A stretch of 59,236 nt of DNA, the filler included, from Sphacelaria rigidula (lineage: Eukaryota), in NCBI GenBank assembly GCA_964200075.2. It is 7 parts of 7 records of this genome, joined end to end, with 100 filler letters (N's around TTAATTAATTAA, not from the genome) between each part and the next. Parts side by side here need not be neighbours in the genome. Positions count along the whole stretch, not along the records: positions 33,910 to 42,285 come from CAXNAA020011334.1; positions 42,386 to 50,761 come from CAXNAA020011335.1; positions 50,862 to 59,236 come from CAXNAA020011336.1; 4 more parts are not named here. One strand, given 5' to 3'. Position numbers and translations under genes: made by a program. The notes beneath the pieces are model-generated. The model was not told where the DNA came from. It was given only the letters and a program-made list of their open reading frames with translations, and ran no database searches. Below are positions 38,519 through 52,265 of the stretch, one piece after another (position 1 is the first letter of the stretch; each line of letters opens with the position of its first letter).

Positions 38519-39049
38519 CCGAGTCACGCCCAACATAAATTCAAGGTATGCTTCACCTGCTGGGTAAATTCACGGCGTCTCTGCAGCCCAGACCGCATGA
38601 GACGTTGCTCGATGGATGTGCTGACACGCGGGTGCGCCTACTTCCACAGCATGACCTACTGCGCAGCTTCTGCGCCGTTGAACAAACATCGATCTGTACT
38701 GGTACACATTCTGGATCATGACATTCCGTGCGGTACAAATCTTCCTATTGTCTGTAGAGGTGCCCAATTCAAGAGGCACGGCCGTGCACGCGCTGTCAGC
38801 ACTTTTACGCGCTGAAACTTCGCCCGCATTTCATGTACACCATGGGCAACAACCTCGTGTTGCTGAATCTGGGGTTGCGTTATGGGTGCGTGCGTATCGG
38901 GGCGAAAAGATGTCGGACTCTGTTCCGAACCATGTTTTTTGTTTTCGGCGTAACACAGCAATTTGTAGCACGGGGGTTGGGACGCAATAGGAGAAAAAAA
39001 TCACTAAAAAATCTGAATCTACTGTGGTATCTGCTGGCATTGGGTAAGT

Positions 39050-40340
39050 TACGCCCGCGTTCTGTGCCGGTGCGAACCGGCGTGGAAAACCCCAGCTACC
39101 TTGCTGCGAGGCGTTTGACCGTATTTAAACGGTCATTCCATAGTGCCAACAAGCAGGAGGCTCCTGCGGATGAAGCGGTGGAGCACTCGGTCGATCGGGG
39201 GCCCGAAATGTTCATGGACCCACCGGAGGAGAGAGGTGCAAGAGAACGTACGCTAGAGGATAGCGTGCAGCAGGCCGAGCAGAAGGGCCTGAGCGCAGAT
39301 GCCGCATATCGTCCGCGTGATATTTTGGCTCGTCGCGTGGATGCCTTTCGTTGTGCGCTGCGTGGTGATCCGCCAGCGAGCATGGAGCCCATGAGGGTGC
39401 ACCTCAAGCCACAGGCAAAGGCTGTGAAGGCCAACCCCCGACGTTATGATCCGGGGAAGACCGGGTGACTTGCTTCATGCATCACAGCTTTGTTGGCGTT
39501 TGGTTCAGTGGTCAGGAACATCCAGGCTGTGTGGGCGAGTCCAGCGATGGTAATGCCGAAGAGGGGCACATTCCGTTCGGTCAGCGACTATCAGGTGGTG
39601 AACACGCAAGTAAAACAGTCTCCGGGGGTAATGCCAAGCCAAGAAGACATGCGCGAGTTGCTTAAAGCCCCATGCTTCAGAAAGTTGGACCTGCTACAGG
39701 GGTATTGGCAGATGCCTCTGGCCCCGGAGGCTCACGAAATCTTCACGACCGTCACGCCTGACGGTTTGTTCACGCCTACTCGTGTCCCGCAGGGCGTGTT
39801 GAACGCCACGGCGTATTTCCACGGTGTGCTGACTGACATTTTGCGAGGTCTAAGCTGTAAATTGTGGGTGGATGATGTTTCCTATTTTGCTAAAACCGAA
39901 GAAGCATTGTGAGTTTTGCTTGACCAAATTTTTGGCCGCTCAGAGAGTGTTGGTCTGAGCGTCGCTGCGCATAAGTGCACCTCTTTTTCTTGCGAAGTGG
40001 TTTCGTCTGGTAAGGTGTACTCCAAGGGTACTGTTTCGCAGGATCCCGTACGCATCCCAGGTTTGAGCAATATGCGACGTCCTCAAACCGCTCGTGAGCC
40101 GATGCAGGTTCTGCAGGCGGTGAATTGGTTGCGGACTTCGCTCCCGCGCATGGCGGAAGTACTTGCGCCGCTTTGCGGGGTTTTGAAACCACTTATGGTA
40201 GGGGCTTTGTGTCGGACCAAGCGGGTGGCGCGTACTCGTATCATCCCGGAGGACGCTTGGACAGAGGATCTGCTGGCGTGCTGCGCAAGATTTGGTGACG
40301 CAAGCGGTACCGCTGTATCATCCTCGTCCAGGCGTTTCCG
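39050..40340 (+). pseudogene. Gypsy pol fragment (family A relative) with reverse transcriptase
   Basis: VDRGPEMFM..ALRGDPPA homologous to 5560-5900; RT motifs KLDLLQGYWQ, TRVPQG, LWVDDV; stops and frameshifts. Confidence 0.9.
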
Positions 40341-40749
40341 CGCTGGCTTCTGTCACTGGCGGCGAGTGGAACATAAATGTCATGGATACTGATACGTTGC
40401 GTGACAAGGTTCGAGGCGTAGTCGACGAGTAAGTGCGGTTTTGTAACGAAGTGTGCAATCTGCTGTTGCGGTGTCTCGCGAAACCAAACGTAAGCTTGCT
40501 CAGGGCCAAGCTGTGTTACCCAAGCTTGCAGTTGGCGGTTCCGCCTTTTATGCCCGTGTTTGTAGGCAAGGTATGATGCCCAAGTTTATGTCCACATACA
40601 GGTCCGTCGCGAGTGGTCGGAAGGGCGCCTCGAAAGGGATGCGTGGTCAATGGTCAAACGACTGAGGCGAGCAACCAATGACTACCCCCTCCCCCCCTCC
40701 CACTCCCCTCCCCCCTCTCTGTCTCCTCCTCGAATTATGCCGTGTCTTC

Positions 40750-41060
40750 GAGGTGAAGCCGTCCTCGCTAAATAGCACGACAACGAGCTCGAGCGCCGCA
40801 GCGAAGAAAACGTTGAACATCAGCGTTCGCTCGAAGACAGCGAAAACTTTTGCCGCAAGCTCGCGTGACCTCAAAGCACTCCGAGAGCTCCCCGTCGTCC
40901 ATGCGAACGTGAGACTGCATCCCGTCGTAGAATTTGTCGATGATTGCAACCATCCAGTCGAGAACACTAGCTGAGGCCAACGCCGACAGAAGCTCTCCGT
41001 CGACAGAGGCATGCAGGCCTTCTGGAAGGCTACGACGCACATGTCCAGCGGCATTCACTG
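40750..41060 (-). pseudogene. RTE-like LINE reverse transcriptase fragment
   Basis: SVDGELL..FYDGMQSHVRMDDGELSECFEVT..LMFNVFFAAALE, frameshifted. Confidence 0.75.
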
Positions 41061-42285
41061 TTGTCGCCCCCAGCTCCGGTAGTCGGCGCACTATGAAGAA
41101 CACGTCGGAGGTGGATCGACTACGCCGGAAACCGCACTGTTCGTGCGGAGTAATGCCACGGTAGGGGTGCTATTTCTTTTCTGGGGCTTTGTTTTGGAGA
41201 AGTCTCCCGACGACAAATATCTGGGCTTTGGTGTACAGCCTCAGAAACTCTTTTTGACTGAAACGTGCACCCCTAGACTACCGTGGCATCACTGTCCTAT
41301 AGAATCTGGTGGGCTTCGCAGCAGTCGCTTAGGCGGTTGGCCACGATCTTCAGGAGCACTTTGCGTGCGAGACCAACGGAACTCCCCTATGCTAGTTTGC
41401 AGCTGGATCGATCCCATTTCTTGTAGAGTGCTTCGGAACACGACGATTCCTGTCGGACACCAGCCGTATCGCAAACCCCGGAGCGGTCAACGACTTCATC
41501 GTGAGCAACTTTCTTGCATACACGCCACGCGGCCGCCCCCCTTCCAATGCCACACGGATTGCCGTGAAGCAATCGTCAGCGTGCACCGACGTGCTACATC
41601 TAACACTGGGTGTAATGCGCATGTGCTATGGGTGTCTATACACGTGTGTTCGGGCTAGATTATGCACGCGTTTCAGTCACGCCTGATGAGATTGCGAGAC
41701 CCGTTTCCGACTGCGTCTACTGCCGAACGAATAAGCCCACCTTCTTGGAAAGTCCATATCGTGTTTCCTTACTAGGATCAAAACGTTGACGGCAGACAAG
41801 CTGCCATGGTCGCTTGTATTTCTGCCCATTTTTTTCTCGACGAGACGCGGCCAAACGGGTACTGTGGCGATGATGAGGGGAAATTGTCAATCTTACCTCC
41901 TGGCCTCCCCCATACTTTGGGACAAAGAATACACATGTGCATAACTGAGCTAGTGTTTCGGTGTTCGCCACGACGGACACTCGATGAAGAACTTGCTTTC
42001 GATCGGGCAGTATATTTCATGTCCGCCTCACCCTTTTTTATGGTCACCCTAGTACGTTCCTTGACGAAGTAGGTTCGTTGCGGTAAACATAGTTGCCGGC
42101 TGGTGGCGAGGGTGTATGTGCGCTTGTTTTTCTCATGCTTTTTCTGTGTTTTAGGCTGCCATAAAGGTTGCACGAAGAAACGAATCCTGCACACCTACTT
42201 ACCGAGCCCCCCCCACCCCCCCCCCCCCCCCCCCCCCCCCCACCCCCCCCCCCCCCCCCCCCCCCGCCGCCCCCCGCCGCCCCCC

Positions 42286-42385
42286 NNNNNNNNNNNNNNN
42301 NNNNNNNNNNNNNNNNNNNNNNNNNNNNNTTAATTAATTAANNNNNNNNNNNNNNNNNNNNNNNNNNNNNNNNNNNNNNNNNNNN
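42286..42385. other. Artificial contig-joining spacer
   Basis: 44N + TTAATTAATTAA + 44N. Confidence 0.98.
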
Positions 42386-45300
42386 GCTGTCATGGAACCC
42401 ATCATGACAGAACGGTCATCGCCAGCGTACCCACACCACAAGCGAGAACCCACGCTGGCCGACGAGGATTTTGTTAAGTGGTGATGGTGCACTGGCTGAG
42501 TGAAAGAAAATAAATTGCCGCGGGTTTGTTGTTGAAGGTTGTTGGGGCTCGACTGTGGACCTGTGGTCGACAATGGGGTTCGAAGTAGAAGTGTGACGCT
42601 TCGTCGTGGGAGACAGCACAGTTGTTGAGGACTGAGGCGGAGCGAACGAAAATAAAAAGAAACATACTGGTAGGGTACTATCGACAGTTTTCGAGCGACA
42701 TGTAGGTCCGCGCACTCCGCACATGTAGCGGCCCATCATCTTTTGACTTGGGTGCAGTCGAAAGGAAAAAAACATATATATATATATATATATATTTGTC
42801 GAAGGCACACAACAAACCATATGCGTGTGTGTGTGTGTTGGAATAAAATGTAACAGCAAGAGACAAGAAAACAAAGGTTGTCCCCATCAACAGACATACA
42901 GTGCCACCTGGGCAACAGCGCATTAACAAACCTGCATGCCACGAAGGGAGAGACGTGTGGGATGCAGCGAACCGCAACGTCAAACCCCTCAGTTCTATTT
43001 TGAGAACACGTCGAGGCCGAGAAAAAAAATAACTACCGGATGCCGTGTCTAGAGGCAATACCAGCGCAGCTCGTGATACTGATTATAGTACCGCGTAGTT
43101 CGCTAAAAATCGCCCCGAGTCGGGAGTTGATTACGTACCACCGTGCAGGTGAACAGGCAATAAATGTACAAGCGCAACCGTAATACAAATATGTAGTGCA
43201 GTACAACAGCAGCGTACAAAGCACCAGACAGCAAAATGCACGGTGGGACACTACAGTATATATGATCTTCGCGTGGGGTAGCGGAGGGTCGGGTCAACGG
43301 TGCTGTAGCGACGTCAATTCGTTCGGATTACTCGAAGAACACCCGACACTCGCTACATCCGCGCCGTGTTCATATCTACAATGCAATATAGATGATTTCG
43401 TTCAGATAATGCAGCAGTAACGACGTATGCACACCACGGTACCTCGCCGTTCGCAACATATTGCCCGCCGAGACTATGTGGAACTCACACACACAGGACC
43501 CTGGGAAGAGGGTGGTACTGTAGTGTTATCGCGGATGTTTGGTTCACATACATGGTACAGGGTGGGGTCGGATGATGCATAGTCAACACCCAGGCTGGGC
43601 ACAAAAAAAATGTGTTGCACGATGAGCATATTTTGAGACAGCAAGAGACGGTCAACATTAGCTACTGAAGAATAAAAGGCAGGCGGCACATGCGGCGGGG
43701 TGGGTGTAGAAAAGAGTTGGTATCTGACGATGTACGGGCAACTCATGTGGGAAAAAACGGAATGGGGCAGGAGAGTCACGGTATAAATTGGATTCTACCT
43801 GGTGACTCGCATCCGCTACAGAGTAGATGGGTATCATTACTGGGGCAGTTGCCATAGATAGGCAGCTGGGACGAGAAGGTGAGGATGGTGGGGGGGCAAG
43901 TGCTATTGCTCGCGTACGTTCGCGTCGGAGTCGGCGCAGGGTGCGAGCGTCTAGTGTATCAGAGGCCTTTGAACTCATCGTGCTAGGGATAGAGGACAAG
44001 AGCAACAACTACAGACGGCTAGACGATGAACAAATAAAAGAGACGCGCATGCAAGGCACACTGGTGGTGTAGTATACACGGCAGCTCGGCAGTCTGAACA
44101 TAACGCAACTAAAACCCAAGTACAGCAGAGGCAGTGCCGGAGCTCCAACTGTGATGTGAAAGATGTGAAAGCACCTTGTGGAGATTTTAATGGTGTTCAC
44201 CAAGATTGTTTCAGGTTCAGACCTCTGCGTACGTTGTTTGGTTACTCAGCTCAGCAGCGCAGGCTGACCACAGTCGCTCTCGTGTTGCTTTCACAAAGGA
44301 GACAACGAGCAAATAATACAGACCAGAGTAGCACTTTTATCACTCAATCGATTGTATCCGAGCTTCCTCTACGGAACATAAATACAACATAAACCGAAAC
44401 AGGCCTAAGCTTTGATCAATAAAACACACCACACAAAACAGCAGCCCGACTACTGCTCTTATCTCTGGGACTCACTTTCTCGCGGTTTGTAGATACTCCA
44501 ATGGGGAAACTGGTGAATCGCAGCCAAAAACCGAGATGAGAAGAGGGAGTGATTGTAGGGGCTACTATTTTGAACGCGCTTCGCCGCCCCCTTAATCAAC
44601 ACAGCTCAGGTCAAACCATACGATCCCAAAAGGCGTGCTCATCATTACATGCCATGGTTTGGTCACTACCTTTTTTTGGATTCAAATACATGCTCTCCGT
44701 AGGACGTCAACCTCAAGGGGCAGCGAATTCTCCGCTAATTGAGCATGAAAATGTCCCATCATTCAATATCACTTTTGCCCAAGATCATGGCTACGTCCTG
44801 CAGTCACATCATATCACACTAGCCTCCAATGGGTGAAGCAATCGCAGGAGAACGCAGTGAAACGAGGTTGCTTTACCCACACATTCCATTCCCCCACACC
44901 ACAGAAAAAATAAAAATAAAAAGCAAAACAAGATACTATAATAAAAAGAAAATGTGAGACACGTTAAGAGGAGTACTGTGACGGGGACGTAGAGGGCGAC
45001 ACGATACATGGAAAAAGAAAAAAAATCCGAAGGGTGTGAAAAACGCAAGAAACGACAACTTTAGGAAACATAGCGCCAGAAGCTACGAAATATCCGGGAA
45101 TCTAGGACAAATCCGCCCTAAAAAAAAGTTGAAGCAGCGAAAATAAAAATAAAAACAAGCCGGTAGTCCATCCGCTACAAAACCTTGATATAAAGCTTGA
45201 CTGCTATCATGCGAAGGGGAAATCATGTCTCATTAGACGTCCAGTTCCGCTATCAGAGTTTGGTAAGCAGCCCGCCAAGGCGTTTCACAGTACCGGGGGA

Positions 45301-45996
45301 GCACAAACGATCGTACACTTCTTTCATCAGTAGAACGCGACGGTGTTGAATGCTCAATTGGGAAAAGAAAATCGCTGAGCGAAAGACACCAGAAACCAAA
45401 ATCAATGTGCAGCCATGAGGCAACATGATGCACCAACGTGACGATGAAGGGCGGCCCATCGAATTGAAAAGGTGCCCGTATCGTCCCACAAAGCGTCAAC
45501 GAATAACACACAACAATAGGAGATAAATCCAAGGCGGGTAATCCGATGCGTTTGTGGTGAACCACGGCAAGCATACAGAAAAAGGGGCCGATGCGGTCCG
45601 CTCTTAGATACATGCCCGTTCAGACGAGAAAATCGAGAGGGTGGGCACACAAACGGGAGGGTAAACTCCCGCCGAGCACATCAACGCGATAATTCGCCAG
45701 CAATAACCCTACAACAAAAATGAACCACCGTACTGATTTCCGAAGCGGCGCATCGGATGTACGACCTCGAGACTGCGAAAAACAAAACGACTTTTTCTGT
45801 TTGTTCTGGCGGACTGTTGTAGCAACGGAACTAAACATAATCCAAGGGAAAAGAAATATCCCCGAACATGGGACACCTAATACAGCGACCAATTACACAG
45901 AATCTGCGATGGTACTCAAGGAGAGGGCTTGTTGGACACGCAACACATAATCCGGTCATCGAAAGCCGACGTGAGTCCAACGGTATGAAGCTGTAA

Positions 45997-46016
45997 AACA
46001 CACACACATACACACA

Positions 46017-46059
<43 letters not shown>
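45997..46059. repeat. (CA)n microsatellite, interrupted
   Basis: Visible CA run. Confidence 0.9.
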
Positions 46060-46063
<4 letters not shown>

Positions 46064-46737
46064 CAAAGAAAAAAGTATGGGGGAAACGAATAACAGGGTA
46101 CGCCGAAAGAACCAGTCCGTTGGAGAGGTTGATGACGGACGTGGTTGGACAATCGCACACACCGGGTATGTGCCCCGAGAAAGGGTTGGTACGGGGCGCG
46201 TGTTGAAGAATACCAACGGGGTGCGTCGGCCGTCTCCGAATACAAAAGGAAAAACCAAAGACAAAAACAAGGAAGACAGGGGACCATGCGAGGGAGGAAG
46301 AAGTGGAAACAGGGCAGAACAAGAAAAACATGAAAAAAATATTTTAAAAAGTAAAAAAAACAAGAGCTAACAAAAAGGAAAAGAAACACAAAAGCTACAT
46401 ACAGGAACAGGCATACGCGGCAACGGTTCACTACAGAACACCGACATACGCGGTTACTGGGTACTGCCGAGGGAAACGTGGGCAACCCGGCTACACGTTC
46501 AGGGAAACGAGACCACGAGAGGGCATGGGGAAGCAGAAAAAAGACAAGGAAAAAAAAAGATAAACACGACGAGACCAGGGGGACTACGGTGGGCGGTAGG
46601 GACAAACGCAGACAACCGACTCGCATCGGTACTTGAAGAAACGACACCAACGACAAGACAAGGAAAGATAAAAAAAGTCAGGGGGGATTTCAAAGAACAC
46701 GAACAAAATCAGAAGGAACGCAAATTCGCCATCAAGA

Positions 46738-48366
46738 TTATTCCGTGTCCCACGCCGTGCCGGGGTTGCGCAAGACAGCTGTGTCGATGTCCCCTTTGTC
46801 GTGTCGTTGTAGGCACCAAGATCCTCGGCGAGCGGTCGGCATCTCGGTGTAATAATCGTCGTTGAGACGGATCTTGAGAGGACCCGGGTCATCGAGGAAG
46901 CGGATGTAATAGGGATCGTCCGCCTCAGGATCTATCAAATGAATCTTCCCCAGCCACCACCGCGAATCCATAGCCCTGTACCAAAAATATTCATCTTTCG
47001 GCAAACGTTTCTTCGAAAAAGAGCGCAGGTATTGCGAACGAGCTGCTGCGCCTTTTCGCATAGACCTATATCGTTTGTTCAACGGGCGGTGTTGGACGAC
47101 ATCTCCGACCCAATATAAAAGTATCTTTCTTCGAAAATGACTCAAATCCTCTTCCCGTTTGCACGTAACACGCATGAGGCCTTTCCAGTGGGTCTGATAC
47201 AAAACCGCAATTTTACCGCCTCGACCTCGAACCAATTGGTGGCCCGAGCTGCGATCTACCACTACACGTTCAAGAGGACCGCCAGCGTCTTCGACGGTCA
47301 TGTGGTACGGGGGGGATTTCGCCGCATACCTGGTTAGCACATACTGACTGAGCCCCATAGGCAATTGCTTGGGCAGGTCACAAGTGTCGAGAGGGGGGAG
47401 ACACGGCTTGCACCGAAGCATCGAGACCCGGTTTTTGGGTTTGACGCCAGGTTCATCCGTGGGAAAATCCAAATACATAAGCTTCTCACCTACTGGTTTA
47501 TCGTCAGGGGCGGTATCACAGGGCCCAACTGCCAAGATCTTCCAAGGACCACTCCAATTCAAGCAAAGCTTTGACTTTAACATCTTATCCGACGACGACT
47601 TAGCAGAGCTTGCACCTTGGGTTACAGTTCTCACATCGTTATACACCCATGCCCAGTCACCTACTTTGTAGACCGGACGGTTGTTCACTGCATCATCCAA
47701 TACGCGGTTTGCCTTACCTACCTTTGCTGCGTTGATCAAATTCTGCTCCCGTACCACCTCATATGCAAGACGAAGACGATTACTAACAGACATATGATAC
47801 TCAACGATATCCCGATCCAAACTCTGGTGATCACCAGAGGGTTTCCTGTCGAACACTGTTAATGGCAGCCTGGGCATACGACCAATATGAACTTTATTGG
47901 GAGCCAAGCCTGTGGCGGCATTGACGGAATTGTTGTAGTTCATTTGGACAAGGGGCAAGTGCAGGTCCCAGTCCGTTTGTCGCTCATTGGTCACTGTGGC
48001 AAGCATTTGCGCCATCGTGTGATTAACTCGTTCGGTCCCATCATTTGTGGACGGATGGTATGAACTAGTAAAAAGACGATGGGCACCCAGGAGATTACTG
48101 ATCGCGGCAGAACGTTTGCCGGCAACATGTGGGCCGTTATCGGATAACAAACGTTTGGGGACACCCCACTGAGGGATGTATGTGTACACAAGGACGTTGG
48201 CAGTCCCTTCTGCACTATAATTGGCCTCCGAAACAGCATTCATCACAGCATGTCGACTGAACCGATCCGTAAACAACAAAATGTACTTGTTACCACTACC
48301 AGTGAGGGGCAGGGGGCCAAAGCAGTCCCATGAAACTATTTCACCAGGCCCATTGGGAAGGGGCAT
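46738..48366 (-). pseudogene. Integrase core plus C-terminal domains (542-aa open segment of pol)
   Basis: VSWDCFGPLP, LLSDNGPHV, TNDGTERVN (D,D,E); WSGPW; YQTHWKG chromo-like segment; separated from the HHCC finger by a stop at 48391. Confidence 0.9.
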
Positions 48367-49494
48367 GGAGATTACCGGCCATGTAACTGTTTAACGTGAA
48401 GTTTTGCGTGCTTGGCAAAGAAGACACCGCCGAACCCACCAACGCACACATTGGCCCATACAAATCCACCAAGAAAAACGTTGAAGCATCTGAGATATCC
48501 TAGCGACGCCCAGATGCGTGGATGCTTGCGGGTGGCATTCATGGAGAACCCATGGACGCAGAAGCATCGGAATATAAATACATACGGGGGCATCACCCAA
48601 CGAACGGGCGTGACTACTTGTAGATTTCCCTCCAGGAGGGGTCGTGGGGGGCCGGTGAACTAAAAGAACAACGCCAGCATCATCCGTGTAAAGCATTCCT
48701 TTACGCGATAATTCAGTAACTTCATCCTGTGTGGGGGCTCGGTGGAGCCCTACTGGCAAAAGGAACTCAGCTTCTGGAAAGGGGGAGGGGCATCCTTTGG
48801 ATAGATAACGTATAACTGCATTACAAGCAGGTGCAGCTTGCTGTTCCCGGGTCCAATCGGCGTGAGAAAAGAGGGTCAGTTCCTTGAATACACTGTCGGA
48901 GGGGTTGTCCAAAACGCAGGGGATCAATCGCGGTGGGATGGACACGAGGCGTTATTGGGATCAAGGGCAGAAGGGGTGGTCAGTGTATTCTCAAACGGAA
49001 CGTTCACCTCTGTTCTGACGTGATGGAGGGTGTCGGATGGTGTGGTACCGGAGGTGGCACTACACGGGGTGGGGGAGGCACAGTCGAGGTCTCGACTATG
49101 GTGGGCAGAGGTGGTTTGAAAGGTGTCGGTTTTCTGGGGGCTTTGCGCCGTGGAGGTGGCGGGGGCGCAAGGAGGCTATCGGGGACTGGAATGGGGTTGG
49201 GGATTGGGAGGTTTAGGCCGGCTGCAGCCAGGGCGGCTGCCGTTTCCGTGGCACGGCGTCCTGGGATCCGGCTCGGGATGAGGTCTCGGACTTGAACCGG
49301 GAGGACGCAGTCAGTAGAAACCGGCTCTACAGTGCAAACCATCCGATGACCAGACGCACGAAATTGATCATACCCGCCGGTAGTTGCACGAATTTCACTC
49401 CCAACTGAACACAACGATCGTGGGGCCAAACTTCCCAATACAGAAGCGTGAGCCGAAGGCGTCAGCTTATGTTGAAGAAGTGCCGAGGTGTGGT

Positions 49495-50200
49495 TCAGTG
49501 AGAATGGCCTAGGAAGCCGATGCGCGTGGCTCCAATGCGGGATTTAGATGGGGCGAGCTTCAAATTGGGTTGTTTAAAACAGGCGAAGAAGGGCGCCAAA
49601 TGTTCGATGTGTTCAGTAGGTGTACTGCTGTGAACCACCGCATCGTCGGGGTACATGCGGTATTTGGACAGTCCATCAATGACGCGAAACATCACACGTT
49701 GAAACGCTCCTGGGGCGCCAGCGGCACCTTGTAGAGTGACCAGCCATTCATATAGACCTGACCTGGTGCAAAACGCCATCAGCTCGATAGAGTGCGGATC
49801 CATCACCAGTTGGTGGTAACCGGACTACATGTCGAAGTTCGAAAAACCTTTGCCCCCGCCGAGGGAGTCGATGATTTCATCTATCCGGGGAAGAGGTAGA
49901 CGTACGATTTTGGTGACTGCGTTTAATCGTTGATAATTGACGGTCAGTCGGATCTATCATTCTTCTTCCGGACGACTACCAAAGGCGAGGCCCACGGAGA
50001 CGTTGAGTGCCGTATTAACCCGGCGGACAAGTACTCGTCGAGAATTACTTGAATTGTACCCGCTAGAAGAGGGTTTGTACGGTACGGACGCATAGCGATA
50101 GGTGTCGTACCATCAGGAATGTTGATTTTGAGCGGTATAGTGTTGCAGCGGCCTAAATCTGTTGACGATTTGGAAAACCGTTCAGAGTATCGTATCAAGA
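49495..50200 (-). pseudogene. Gypsy reverse transcriptase, disrupted
   Basis: Conserved RT motifs with a frameshift near 49945, an in-frame stop and YPDD in place of the usual YxDD residue. Confidence 0.88.
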
Positions 50201-50761
50201 TGGAGCGCAACCGATCAATCACCGTGGGTGTCCAACCCTCACCAGATAAAGCAAACGCAATGTGTCTCAAATGGGGGGGAATTTCATCCCATAATCGTTG
50301 AAAACTAACACGTTGCTCTGGCGAGAAGGTATCTAGTAAGGCAGTCGGAGGGTTTGTGTCAGGCGCATCAGTCGATTTGTCTACAACCATGGGGTCAGTC
50401 TTGTCCAACGTAGCGGAACCGTTTGTCCCTGAGCTGTCTGATGATGTTTGCGGTGGTACCTTCAGACATACATTCGACAAGGCTGCCCGTAGGAGGGGCG
50501 CTGGAGCAAAACCCAACAACTGACCAGGAAGAACATCGAGACATGCAGAGGACGTGAGGGGTATGAATTGCCGACCCTCATGGACAAATACATCGGTCTG
50601 ATCAAAGAGGGGAATACTGTCTGGGGTTTGGTTGGGATTGGTTAAGTCGACCAAGTACTGTCCAGTGAGGGCGGGGGATCCGTTCCGTCTCACAAGATTC
50701 ACATGAATGTGTTGAGGTTCACGGGACAGAGAGACGACGTGGTCTCCAACATAATACAGTC

Positions 50762-50861
50762 NNNNNNNNNNNNNNNNNNNNNNNNNNNNNNNNNNNNNNN
50801 NNNNNTTAATTAATTAANNNNNNNNNNNNNNNNNNNNNNNNNNNNNNNNNNNNNNNNNNNN
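50762..50861. other. Artificial contig-joining spacer
   Basis: 44N + TTAATTAATTAA + 44N. Confidence 0.98.
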
Positions 50862-52265
50862 TTTTTTTTTTTTTTGTTTTCTATTTTTGTTTTATTTTGC
50901 CCGCCTTGAACCGACCCGGGGCCGCCCGCCGCGCCCCCCCCCCCCCCCCCCCCCTCCCCGTCCACAGGTGAGTGAAGTGATACAACCAATCTCACCGTGC
51001 TTGACAAGAGGCGTTTTTGGTACAGCCTCCTGCCGACGATATTGATGAATAAAGCACCTTTCCGGGAAAAACTCCCGATTTTGGAACAAATTTTCTCCCA
51101 CAAAGGAGCCAACATGAAACGGTTTTAGGGGAGTTATCTGGGAACAAAAAAAGAATTTCAGATGAAGAAAAAAATCAGGGCCGGAAGAAGCGGAGCCTGA
51201 AAAGAATATGGGTCACCTGCCTCAATCTGTACCCGATCAAAAATCTCACGTGAAAATCATGGGCAGGAAGCACCAAACCTCCACATGCGGTATTCCAACA
51301 CACAGCAACTTGAGTATATACACGGTACTGCTGAACAGCATGATGTTGTGTGTGCTCAACTGTTTCTCATGATAGTGAACGCATGACTGGATGTACAGTA
51401 ATGCTGCCATGATCACTGCTGCTGTTCGTTGTGCTGTAACGGCCAATGAAACGGGGACAAACGGGCCTCCGAGTCTTGCATGCAAAGCACATTTTTTTCC
51501 TTTCAAATAAGGAGGAAACCTGACCCAATACTTGCGCACGCAGGCGGTTTCGTGTGTCGATTACCTGGAGACTCGGCTAGACTGGCTCACGGTAGTCATA
51601 TGGGGTAGGCGCGTCTTTGCTCAAGGGAGTTGGAGGTTCGACCCACTATAACCCTCTGTGAACTTGGCGGAGTGCACGTGCCGCCCGACTCTCATGAGCT
51701 TCGGCCCTTCTGCACTTTTTTTAGTGATATTTGCGCCTTCTCTTTTCCCCTCACCCCCGCCTCTAAATATCTAGAATGGCACGAGCAGCCCAGTGAACCA
51801 GGGGCTTACAATTTCTGTCGGGTGGGTACGGTAGGGAACATATTCATACATACATGTATATGTAGTTGTGTTCAAAGTGTAGAATTCAGCCAAGTGCCTG
51901 TTTCAAAAGAAACAACGCGGGGGATCGGCCCGAAACGTAATTTTGAAAGAAGAAAACAAATCATGCTTCTTTTCTTGTGCACTGCCCTTCATGTCACAAT
52001 ACTCATCGCCACGTACTCTACCGAAAATTATTCATCGATTGCCTTTAACGTGAACGAGTACGCATGTTCATCCTATCCGTTCATACACTCATTTACCCTG
52101 CACAATTAGCTAGCCAGGCATCATAGAGTTCAACACCATGTACGACCGCCTCTACCATCCAATATGCATTAACCTCATATCTTGTGTGCTGGCGTATGCC
52201 GTCTGCCCCCTTCACCCTCCCTGTGGGATTCACCCCCCACCCCCCCCTCGCCCGCGCACTACCAG

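Larger units (their letters stand above)
45880..50761 (-). mobile_element. Gypsy element (family B), internal region, defective, cut by the contig end
   Basis: RT (PYRTNP, SPWASP, SGYHQ, YPDD, FLGH), HHCC finger, DDE integrase and chromo-like tail in gypsy domain order. Confidence 0.92.

Noticed and set aside
37825-40340. Solo LTR/PBS and the downstream pol fragment as one element
   Set aside because: A direct repeat closes the LTR-tRNA unit at 38528, no gag lies between them, and family A LTRs are different
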